Shown piece after piece: positions 32,406 to 43,354 of a DNA stretch of 64,000 nucleotides. Numbering within the stretch: the first letter of the stretch is position 1; each line of letters begins with the position of its first letter. Origin of the DNA: an uncultured Planctomycetota bacterium. Lineage in GTDB: Bacteria; Planctomycetota; Planctomycetia; Gemmatales; Gemmataceae. The stretch covers positions 576,001-640,000 of the forward strand of contig CAWKHF010000007.1 in NCBI GenBank assembly GCA_963849325.1. The letters run 5' to 3'. A model generated the notes under the pieces. That model was given only the letters and a program-made list of their open reading frames with translations, made no database searches and was not told the DNA's origin. The translations under genes were made by a program, and so were the position numbers.

Positions 32406-32744
32406 ATGAATGTGAACTGGAAGAGTCGATTGCCGATGGTTCTTGCGGCCGCCCTGGTGATGGCCGCCCTGATTGTCGTAGTCCGATACCAGCCGGCGCG
32501 GGCGGAGCGCCTGGCCGAGCCGGCCTCCGGCCCGCGCTACACGGTGATCGAGACTCAGGGGTTCAACCTGCTGGTCACCGACAACGCGGACAACAAGCTG
32601 TACTACTATGCCACCGACAAGGACGTACCGGTCGGCTCGCCCCTGAAGCTGCGCGCCTCGCTGGACCTGACCAAAGTCGGCAAGGAGGAGGTTCCCATCA
32701 AGACGCACAACCTGGAGAACATGCGCAAAAAGGAACAGAAGTAG
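32406..32744 (+). CDS. Secreted/membrane-anchored hypothetical protein
   Basis: TAAGGAG RBS; hydrophobic N-terminus; PRYTVIET...LLVTDN...LYYY. Confidence 0.75.
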   Translation: MNVNWKSRLPMVLAAALVMAALIVVVRYQPARAERLAEPASGPRYTVIETQGFNLLVTDNADNKLYYYATDKDVPVGSPLKLRASLDLTKVGKEEVPIKTHNLENMRKKEQK

Positions 32745-32819
32745 GCAAGCCGGCCGCGGGGCACCCGCTCGCGCGAGTGGGCGCCCACGCCGGGGTCCGT
32801 TTATCCGAAAGGAATTTCG

Positions 32820-33137
32820 ATGAGCACTTCGCTGAAAATACTAGGCGGTCTAGCGGTCCTGCTGGGATTGCTACACTCCGGGACAGCGCAAGCCCAGGTC
32901 GCGGGATATGCCGGCTACAACCCGTACACGGGCAATGGCGGTCGGGCGGCGGCGGGCTATAACCCGTACACGGGCACCCACGCCGGCGGACAGAATTCTT
33001 ACAACCCGTATACGGGCGCGCGGGGCCAGAGCCGATCCGCGTACAACCCCTACACGGGCGCCTCCGCTTCTGCCCAGCGCGCCTATAACCCGTACACCGG
33101 GAGGTCTGCCTATCACTATAGCTATCGACGCCGATGA
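32820..33137 (+). CDS. Secreted YNPYTG-repeat protein
   Basis: AAGGA RBS, signal peptide ending AQA, five YNPYTG units at exact 14-aa spacing. Confidence 0.85.
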   Translation: MSTSLKILGGLAVLLGLLHSGTAQAQVAGYAGYNPYTGNGGRAAAGYNPYTGTHAGGQNSYNPYTGARGQSRSAYNPYTGASASAQRAYNPYTGRSAYHYSYRRR

Positions 33138-33177
33138 GGTCCCGTGCGTCAGAGACAAACACACGGCGGAGTCCGCC

Positions 33178-34209
<1,032 letters not shown>

Positions 34210-34290
34210 TGAGACGCGGAAGAGAAGACATCCTCGGGCTGCCATCGTATGCCGGCCCGGTTTCCTTGTTGTCGCATTAGGAGAAACAAC

Positions 34291-36078
34291 ATGCTGAAAA
34301 ACACGAGGATTCAGATGTTCCTCGTGCTTGTCGCCGGCGCGTCGATCGGCTATGCCGTGGCGTCGGGCAAGCTCAACCCGTTCCAGAGGGCCGACGCCGC
34401 CCCTCCGAGAGGGTCATCCGCTGGCGAGAAGACGGAAGGCCCCCAAGCGGGGGACACGTTCGCGTGTTGCCCTCAAGGGACGAGCAAGGGTCAGCTGTTG
34501 GCCATGGCGGACCCGAGGGTGAAGGCCGCGGTCGCCAAGGCCGGGGGCAACGGTAAGAAGCCGAACATCATCTTCATCATGGGTGACGACATCGGCTGGT
34601 TCAACATCGGCGCCTACCACCGGGGCATAATGTCCGGCAGGACGCCAAACCTCGACAAGCTGGCTTCCCAGGGCATGCTCTTTACCGACTACTACGCCGA
34701 GGCGAGCTGCACGGCGGGACGGGCCAACTTTATCACCGGCGAATTGCCGATTCGCACCGGCCTGACCACGGTGGGACAGGCGGGATTCCCCTGGGCATGC
34801 CGGTGGAGGCCCCCACCATCGCCACGGTGCTGAAGTCGATGGGCTATGCCACCGGCCAGTTCGGTAAGAACCACTTGGGCGACCTCAACAAGTTCCTGCC
34901 GACGGTCCACGGCTTCGATGAATTCTTCGGCTACCTGTATCACCTGGACGCGATGGAGGATCCGGCTCATCCCAATTATCCTCAGGCACTCAAGGACAAG
35001 GTCGGGCCTCGGAACATGCTCCATTGCTGGGCTGCCGACAAGGACGATCCGACCGAGCAGCCGCGCTGGGGCCAAATCGGCAAACAGAAGATCGAGGACG
35101 CCGGCACCCTCTATCCCAAGCGGATGGAAACCGTGGACGACGAGATTCTTGGCCACGCGCTCCGGTTCGTCGAGAAGGCCCGCAAGGACGACAAGCCGTT
35201 CTTCCTGTGGCTCAACCCGACGCGGATGCACGTCGTCACGCATCTCTCGGAGAAATATCAATCGCTCCGCAATGCGAAAAATGGCTGGAGCATCCAGGAA
35301 GCCGGCATGGCGCAACTGGATGACCTCGTCGGCTCGGTCATGAAATACCTGAAGGACAACGGCCTGGAGGAGGACACGATCGTCGCCTTTTCGACGGACA
35401 ATGGCGCCGAGAACTTTACCTGGCCGGATGGCGGTCAGACGCCGTTTGCCGGCGGCAAGGGAACGGCGCTCGAAGGCGGCTTCCGCGTGCCCTGCATTCT
35501 TCGCTGGCCGGGCAAGGTGCCGGCGGGCAAGGTGGAGAACGGTATCTTCTCCGGGCTGGACTGGTTTCCGACCTTCGTCGCGGCCGCCGGCAACCCCAAC
35601 ATCGCCGAGGAACTCAAGAAGGGCAAGCAGGTCGGCGACCGCGACTACAAGGTACATCTCGACGGCTACAATCAGATGGACTTCCTCACCGGAAAGGGCC
35701 CGTCGAAGCGCCATGAAATCTTCTACCTGACGGAGACCACTCTGAGTCGCGGTGCGGATCGATGACTACAAGTACCGCTTCGCCGATCAGCCGAACGGCT
35801 GGCTTGGCGCCACGGAGAAGGTGGACTGGCCGATGATCGTGAATCTCCGCCTTGACCCGTTCGAGCGGACGGGCTTGCCCAATGGCAAGAGTGGATCCCT
35901 CGCCTATTACAACTGGTTCGCCTACGAATTCTGGCGGTTTGTGTTCGTGCAGGAAGAAGTGGGGAAGGCCGCCAAGACCCTGATCGAGTTCCCGCCGATG
36001 CAGGGAGGCGCGAGCTTCAACATGGAGGCGGTAAAGAAGCAGATCGAGGCGGCGATCCGGAAGAACCACGGGCAATAA
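34291..36078 (+). CDS. Arylsulfatase (Cys-type), frameshifts near 34785 and 35745
   Basis: [46 protein letters not shown]. Confidence 0.92.
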
Positions 36079-36281
36079 GCCGAAGGATAGATCGAAGAGG
36101 GATCGGTGGACTGGGTGATCCGTGGCGTCCGGGCGGTAAACGCCCGACGCGCGGACGTCACTCGGCCTTGTCGCTGTTGGTGCGCGCGGAGTATACTCGC
36201 GCCGCTCGCGGAGACCGGAACTCCGCTCGCCAGGCCAGGCCCGGTCGCGTGGACGGGCGTGCGTTTTCAAGGAGGAGAACG

Positions 36282-37033
36282 ATGGCCCATCAAATCCGGC
36301 CGTTCATCGGCGTCAACGCCGACTACGTGCCGGCCAGCAAGGTGAACAGCCCGCTCGTCCGTCTCGGCGCCGGCTACCTGGACACCGTCGTCGCGGCCGG
36401 CGGCCTGCCGGTGATCGTGCCGCCGTTGGGCAAGGACGTCGATGTCGATGCCTGGCTTGATCGACTCGACGGCTTCGTTTTGACCGGCGGTCTGGACATG
36501 GACCCGCGCCGCTACGGCGCCCCCACTCATTCTTCCGTGCAACCCCTGCCCGAGCGCCGCGACGACAGTGACCGGCTGCTGGTGCGCCGGCTGCTGGAGC
36601 GCCACCTACCGCTGCTGGCGATCGGCCTGGGCGCGCAGCAGTTGAATGTCGCCTGCGGCGGCAGCCTTTACCTGCACCTACCGGCGGAGATGCCGAGGGC
36701 CATGCCGCACCGCGATCCGACCGGCGCTCCGCATCGTCATACCGTGCTCATCGAGCCGAACACGCGCATGGAGGAGATTTACGGCGCCGGGGAAATCCGC
36801 GTCAACAGCGCTCACCATCAGGCCATCCGCCAGGTCGGCGCCGGCCTGCGCGTCGGCGCCCTGCGCCGGACGGCGTCATCGAGGCGATCGAGAGTACCGA
36901 TCCGCACTGGTTCTGCATCGGCGTACAGTGGCACCCCGAATCGGAGACGGCGTCCGCGCTGGATTTGCAGCTCTTCGAGTCGTTCATCCAGGCGTGCTTG
37001 CGCCAGGCCCAGTCGCTCGAACTGGCCGCGTAG
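36282..37033 (+). CDS. Peptidase C26 / gamma-glutamyl-GABA hydrolase-like glutamine amidotransferase, frameshift near 36860
   Basis: AAGGLP, LTGG, VNSAHHQ, GVQWHPE; nucleophile elbow reads AIGLG (no Cys); TTGTCG-N18-TATACT promoter. Confidence 0.85.
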
Positions 37034-37039
37034 GTAGTC

Positions 37040-37105
37040 GGCGAGCGGGGGGCGTCAGCCCCCTGTTGCGAGTCCGTAACAGGGGGCTGACGCCCCCCGC
37101 TCGCC
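37040..37105. repeat. REPIN-like palindrome, family B
   Basis: Near-identical to 20066-20129. Confidence 0.95.
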
Positions 37106-37128
37106 AGCGAACACATCGGAGCCGTCTC

Positions 37129-38346
37129 ATGACCCCGCGCTGGCTGATCGGTCTGGCCTCCGGCTCCAGTGCCGACGGCGTGGATGCCGCCCTGATGGAA
37201 CTGGAGGGCATGGGGCTGGACCTGCGCGTGCGGCAGGTGCAGGGGTTGCATCAGCCTTACGGCCAGGAACTGCGGGGGCTGGTACGTCGCATCAGTACTT
37301 CGGCCCCTTGCGAGGTCCGACAAGTAAGTCTACTTCATCGCCTTCTGGGCGAGACCTTCGCTGCCGCGGCGCGGAGCGTGGCCGACCACGCCAGCCTGAG
37401 CCTGCAAAAAGTGCAGTGCATCGGCTGTCCGGGACACACGATCTGGCACGATCCCGACGGACGTTTCCCGACCACGCTGGGCCTGGGCATGGCGGCGGTG
37501 GTGGCGGAGCGCTGCGGCGTGACGACGGTGAGCGACTTCCGTGCCCGCGACGTGGCGGCCGGAGGCCAGGGCGTGCCGCTGGCGGCGCTGACCGATTACA
37601 TCCTGTTCCGCCACCCACATGAGGGCCGACTGCTCATCCACCTCGGCGGATTGGCGCGGGTCGTCTTCGTGCCGGCCGACTGCCGCATCCATGAGGTAGT
37701 CGGCTTCGAGGCCGGACCCTGCAACGTACTGCTCGACGCCCTGATGGGCCACGTCACCGGCGGCCGAACGCCGTTCGACCCTGGCGGCAAACACGCCGTC
37801 CAGGGCAAGTGCATCGACGCCCTGCTGCAAAGTTGGCTCGGCCATCCGTATTTGCAGCGCCGGCCGCCCAAGAGCCTGCCGCGACACCTGTTCGCCGACG
37901 ACTTCGCCGCCCAGGCCGTGCAGCAGTTACGCCAACGTGGCGGCAGTCTTCACGATCTGCTGTGTACCGCCACGCATTTCGTGGCCCGCGGCATCACCAC
38001 GGCGGTGCGGCGCTTCCTGCCGTCGGGACGGACCATCCATCGCGTCCTGCTCTCCGGCGGCGGCGTCCGCAACGGCTTACTGTGGCACCTGCTCGAGCAG
38101 CTGTTCGAGGGCGTTCCGTTGCAGCGCAGCGATGAGGTAGGCGTGCCCGCCGACGTGCGCAAGGCACTGTCGTTCGGCATGTTGGCGGCGCTGACGCTCG
38201 ACGGCGTGCCGGCCAACGTGCCCTCGGCCACGGGCGCGGCCGGCTCGCGCTTGCTGGGCAGCCTGACGCCCGGTTCGTCGATCAACTGGGCGCGCTGCCT
38301 GGCCTGGATGGCCGCCCAGACCACGCCGCCGTTGATGCTGGAGTAG
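37129..38346 (+). CDS. anmK: Anhydro-N-acetylmuramic acid kinase
   Basis: IGLASGSSADGVDAAL, GHTIWH, DFRARDVAAGGQGVPL, GPCNVLLD, PPKS, SGGGVRN, PSATGA. Confidence 0.9.
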   Translation: MTPRWLIGLASGSSADGVDAALMELEGMGLDLRVRQVQGLHQPYGQELRGLVRRISTSAPCEVRQVSLLHRLLGETFAAAARSVADHASLSLQKVQCIGCPGHTIWHDPDGRFPTTLGLGMAAVVAERCGVTTVSDFRARDVAAGGQGVPLAALTDYILFRHPHEGRLLIHLGGLARVVFVPADCRIHEVVGFEAGPCNVLLDALMGHVTGGRTPFDPGGKHAVQGKCIDALLQSWLGHPYLQRRPPKSLPRHLFADDFAAQAVQQLRQRGGSLHDLLCTATHFVARGITTAVRRFLPSGRTIHRVLLSGGGVRNGLLWHLLEQLFEGVPLQRSDEVGVPADVRKALSFGMLAALTLDGVPANVPSATGAAGSRLLGSLTPGSSINWARCLAWMAAQTTPPLMLE

Positions 38347-38445
38347 AAAGAGGCTCCGATCCAAACCCGCGACAAAGTGTGCGGTCTCGGCGGTCGGCGG
38401 GAAGTACCATGACAGGGAGACTCCACGTCCGCGAGGAGCACTGTT

Positions 38446-41400
38446 ATGGTTATCCGCGCCGAACCAATTCTCCATCACATCCGCCGCCTGGTCGGCCGTC
38501 CTCTCCGCGATCCCGCCGGGGATGCCGCTCTGCTCGACCGTTTCATTCATCAGGGAGACGAGGCCGCATTTCGCGCGCTGGTCGCTCGGCATGGTCCAAT
38601 GGTGCTGGGAGTGTGCCGCCGGGTGCTGCACCATCTCGCGGACGCCGAGGATGCCTTTCAAGCGACGTTTCTGGTGCTGGCTCGCAAGGCCGCGACCCTC
38701 CGTCATCCCGACGCCCTGGCCGCCTGGCTGCACGGCACCGCTCGCCGCCTCGCCCTCAAGTGTCGCCAAACCGATGCCCGGCGTCGGGACCGCGAACAAC
38801 GCCGCCCGCCAACCTCTCCTCCTTCGACAACGACCGACCCTCTGGAGCAGCTGTCAGCGCGCGAGATGCTTCTGGTGCTCGATGAAGAGCTGCAGCGCTT
38901 GCCGGAGGCGTACCGTCTTCCTCTCATCCTGTGTTATCTGGAGGGCCACACCCAGGAGGAGGCGGCTCGAATGCTGGGCTGGACGTCGGGTTCGGTGAAG
39001 GGGCGATTGGAGCGCGGCCGGGCGCGGCTGCATACTCGCCTTGTCCGTCGGGGACTTTCGCTGCCGGAAGGCTTGCTGGCCGGCGGGACGATCGCGGCGG
39101 CGCCCTCGACACTGCGGGCCAGCTTGCTGATGGCGACGAGTCGGGGGGCGTTCGCGGTCGGCGGTCACGGGTTGCCTGAGACCGTGCGTGCGCTGGCGGA
39201 AGTAGCCTTGCGCGGCTCCCCCGCGGCCCCGGTGAAGATCGGTCTGTTCCTGCTCGTGGCCACAGTCGCCGGAGTGGGCGCGCTGCGCGCTGGATGCCGG
39301 AGTTGGGAGCGCCGGAGAGGAAGGAGGGACCGACGGATTGGCCAGCGAGCCGAGACGAGAAATCCGCGCGCCTCGATCATCTCGGCGATCCCTTGCCTCC
39401 CGGCGCCATCGCCCGGCTAGGCACCGTCCGTTTGCGGCCGGGTGAGCAGGTTGTTCAGCTCGCCTTCTCGCCCGATGGCAAGCGGCTGGCCAGCTGGACC
39501 AGCAACATGCGGCTGCCCAGCCGGCTGTCGATCTGGGACACAAACAACGGACGAGAGGTGCGCGGCGTCGATGTGCCCGAAAAGGGGGGCGTCTCACTCT
39601 CCTGGCTAAAGGACGGTCGCTGCCTGGCCATCCTGTCCTTCGGTGTCAATGGTCGAGTCGTCGGGGATTTCGCCGATGAGAATACTCCTCTACCTCCGGT
39701 TGTCCCCGTCCATCAGTCGAGCGGATTCGGTTTCGCAACGAGCGAGCAGGACGACGAGTGGGACGTATGTTACGCCATCGCTCCGGAAGGCCAACGGCTG
39801 GCAATTGGTTGCTGCGGTCTAAAGGATGACCGCGAACGGCCCATCTCCCTTCGGGAACTGGCGGTCGGGCGGCGGATTAAGGATTTCAAACCGTCTCGAC
39901 AACTCGGCCGGCAACAGGGCAATTGCACGTGGCTCCATTTCACCCCCGATGGCCGATCTCTACTCGCCCTCAGCGGTTCGCGCCAGGCGCGCGAGGACAT
40001 TCTAGTTGTCTGGGACGCGGCCAGCGGCGCGAAACGCCGTCAAATGACCGTTCTCTCACCCCTTCAGCAGAACGGCATCAAAGTCTGCGCCGTCGCGCCG
40101 GATAGCAAGACCCTTGCATTGGGGCTGCCCGACGGCACGGCTAGGCTGTGGGACTTAACGACGGGGCGCGAAACACGATCCCTCACGGTCACGACCGCGA
40201 AACCGGAGACGTATCAGAACGGCGTATCGGCCGTGGCCTTTAGTCCCGATGGCAAGTTCCTCCTCACCGGCGGCCGCGATCATGTCGTGCGCGTGTGGGA
40301 GACGGCGAGCGGCAGGGAGGTGCATGCGCTGCGCGGCCATCACAGCTGGGTCGAAGCCCTGGCGGTCTCGCCGGATGGCAAGCGGATCGCCTCGGGCGCG
40401 TCGGACGGTCAAATCCGCATCTGGGACGCCGCCACCGGGGCCGACGCTTGCCCGCTGGAAGGTCATCAATATGTCCTGTGGTCCGTCGCTATTTCGCCGG
40501 ACGGCAGACACGCCGTCACCGACGCGGGCGATGGTACAGTGCGTGCCTGGAACGTGAATACGGGCCGTCCGGCGTGGTGCCGCGACCTGGGAGAACGACT
40601 CAGGGGGCCGTTCGTCTTCACGCCCGACGGCAAGCAACTCCTCGGCAGAAGCGGCAGCCGTGTCCGCTTGCTGGACGCCGCGACGGGGGCCGACGTCATG
40701 CCACCGGGTGAGATGGCGGATCATCCCGGCGGCCGGGTTTGCTTCACGCCGGATGGCCAAACCTTGGTGAGCGTCCACGAGGGAGAGGCGTCCGTCTGGG
40801 AGTGGCCCGCCGGACGACTGGTGAGACGGTTCCCGCTGCGACCCGATGTCCCTGCATCCAGCAAGAGATACTGTAACCGCGTGGCCTTCTCGCCGAATAG
40901 TCGTCAGATGCTTGCCTTGTGTGCATTCGACGCCAATCGGGGCGGCCCTCCATTAGTGGAGTTATACGATCTCAAAGGCGGTCAAAGGCCGCGTTCTCTG
41001 GGTTTGTCCGCGAGTCGGATTTGCGACGCCGCCTTCACCGCGGACGGGACCGGAGTGTTGCTCGCGGGAGCGAGCGGTGTTCGGGCGCCCGAGAAAGGAG
41101 ACGCAGACCGCCTGGCGCGAGCGCTTCGCCTGGTGGACGCGCGCACGGGGGAGACGCGACGAAGGTTCGCCGCGCCAGCGAAGGAGACAGCGGGAGAGGA
41201 GCGCGTCGCTTTCGCCCTCGCCTGCTCGGTTGACGGGCGCTCCGTGGCCAGCGCGGAGCGAGACGGACTGGTCCTGCTATTCGAGGTCGCCACCGGCTTG
41301 CCGCGCCGACGATTGGTCGGCCATCGCGGTCAGGTTATGTCTTTGACTTTCACCCCCGACGGCAAACGTCTGGTCACGGGCGGCCTCGACAGCACCGGCC

Positions 41401-41954
41401 TGGTGTGGGACGTGTCGTTGGCCGCCCTGGCCCCGCACAGCAAGATGACCGCGGACCAACTCTGGGGCGATCTCGGCAGCCTGGAGGCGCGACGCGCCAA
41501 CCGAGCGCTCGCCGGCCTGGCCGCCGCACCGGAATCCGCTGTCAGCCTGTTGGCGGAGCGGCTGCGACCGGCCAAGGGGGCGAGCACGGCCGCGATCAAT
41601 CGTCTCGTCGCCGACCTGGACAGCGATCTTTTCGAGGTGCGTCAGAAGGCATTCGCGCAGTTGGATCAGCTGGGCGAAGACATTGTCCCGGCCCTGCGGG
41701 AACGGATCGACAAGGGCGAATCGGTGGAAGTGCGGCGGCGGATCGAGTTGCTGCTGGAAAAGCACGACCGAGGAAGTGTCAATCCCGAATGGGTGCGCCT
41801 TCTGCGTGCCCTGGAAGTGCTGGAGCAGATCGGTACGCCCCAAGCGCGGCGCGTGCTCGCCGGCCTGGCGAAAGGAGCCGAGGAGAGTCGGCTGACGCGC
41901 GAAGCGAAGGCATGCCTGGCGCGATTGGCCGGACTCAGCGCCGGCAAGCCGTGA
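38446..41954 (+). CDS. ECF sigma factor fused via a TM segment to a WD40 beta-propeller and HEAT-like C-terminus, frameshift near 39290
   Basis: sigma2 (DAEDAFQATFLVL) and sigma4 (GSVKGRLERGR); then DPLPPGAIARLG and many AFSPDG/WD repeats. Confidence 0.88.
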
Positions 41955-42005
41955 CTACCACGGCGTGGCTCGCCGGCTGAGTCGTTTGATGTTTTATTTG
42001 CCGCG

Positions 42006-42248
42006 TTACGCCTCCGCAATGACCTCTTCTTCCGGTTCCAGGCGAACAATGTGCCGCAGCGAAACCACGTCCCACCGAGAATAAGATTCCGGATCTTGCT
42101 CCGAGGGATAGCCGATGATGACGGAAGCCAGCCCGGTCATAACCAGGTCTGGATGACGGACTTCATAGACGGTGCCATCGCTGGTGATGATGCGGAACGG
42201 CGTGAAGGGCCGACGATTTACCAAATTGCGGATGGCAGCGGGGGCCAT
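42006..42248 (-). CDS. Small hypothetical protein (RPFxPFRIxxSDGxxYEVRHP type)
   Basis: AGGAG RBS, ATG 42248, coherent 80-aa sequence. Confidence 0.75.
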   Translation of the reverse strand: MAPAAIRNLVNRRPFTPFRIITSDGTVYEVRHPDLVMTGLASVIIGYPSEQDPESYSRWDVVSLRHIVRLEPEEEVIAEA

Positions 42249-42291
42249 GTTCCTTCTCCTGGATGGACGAGCGATCGACTCTATCCCTATT

Positions 42292-43354
42292 TTACAGCGG
42301 AGAGAGCGGCTGAAGTTCGAGTTGAGCGGCGAGGCGCGTGCGGCCCTCCCCGGCCAACAGCCACGCTTCCTGTTTGACCGCGTCGCTCCGTGCCGCCCGC
42401 AGACGCTCGATGAGCCGGTGCGGAGCGTACACGACGAGGCGATGGTCGGCGCGCTCCAGGCGACAGCTTTCGACCTCGGCCGACGGCAGGCCGCGTGGAT
42501 GAGACCACTCGTGCCATGCCTGTCGCCACGCCTCCGGCGACGGCTCCGCGGCCAGGTCCGGCAGCACTTCCTCCCAACCCTCCGCAAGCACCAGTTCCGG
42601 CTCCGGCCCCAGCGTCCAGTCCCTCCGATCGCACCGGGAAGCCCAGCAACGCCGGCGCACCGGCAGGTTCGGCGGTGCGGAGGAAGACGAGCGACAATGG
42701 CTCGGGACAATCGAGGATCACGCGGCGATAGTTCGTCGCCGGCGGCTCGTCGGGGCGCGGCGACAGCAGCGCCTCCACGTCGGCGGGAAAGTGGTAACAC
42801 GCCTTCCACTCCGGCGACTGTCGGATGCACGTCTCCAGACAGGCGACGTCGAAGGACCACTCCGCGACAGCCGGCGGCAAGGGAGTGGCGTGAGACGGGG
42901 GCCGCAAGGGCAAGAAGTGCGGCGGCCGGCCCAGCGTGGCCTGGTCCACGAAAGAGAACGTTCGCCGTTCCTCGCTGGCCACCGCGACGGTGCCGCCCTC
43001 CAGGGCGTGATGGCCCGCCGTCGTCAGATGCCACAGGCCCACGCCATTCTGGTGCAGTAGACCGGCGTCGGACAACTCGCGGACGAAGCGGCCCAGCACT
43101 TGCTGGTCCATTTGAAGATCGGTAAAGGAGCTTTCCAGCCCGCCGCCGCACGGGACTCGTGTGCTGGCCAGGCGTAACAGGGCACGCTGCCAGGGGTCAA
43201 GGTACCGAGATCGAGCGACGCGGACCAGGGCTTCGACGTGATGCAGCAGGAGGCGAGCGAACCCCAATTGCTGGGGGTGCCGATCGGCCAGCGTTCGCCA
43301 CCACCCCAGAAGAACACGGCTGCCGGGCCAGGGCGGGGTGGAAGCAGCGGTCAT
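42292..43354 (-). CDS. Hypothetical protein with N-terminal winged-helix-like region, frameshift near 42615
   Basis: LDPWQRALLRL...MDQQVLGRFVRELSDAGLL...WHLTTAG; ATGA overlap with the helicase stop; C-terminus in ORF 42292..42660. Confidence 0.75.

Noticed and set aside
32914-33101. Repeat-spacer pattern (~18-nt repeat, 24-nt spacer) resembling a mini CRISPR array
   Set aside because: Variation is at synonymous third positions inside an ORF with a signal peptide, the period is a multiple of 3, and there are no cas genes
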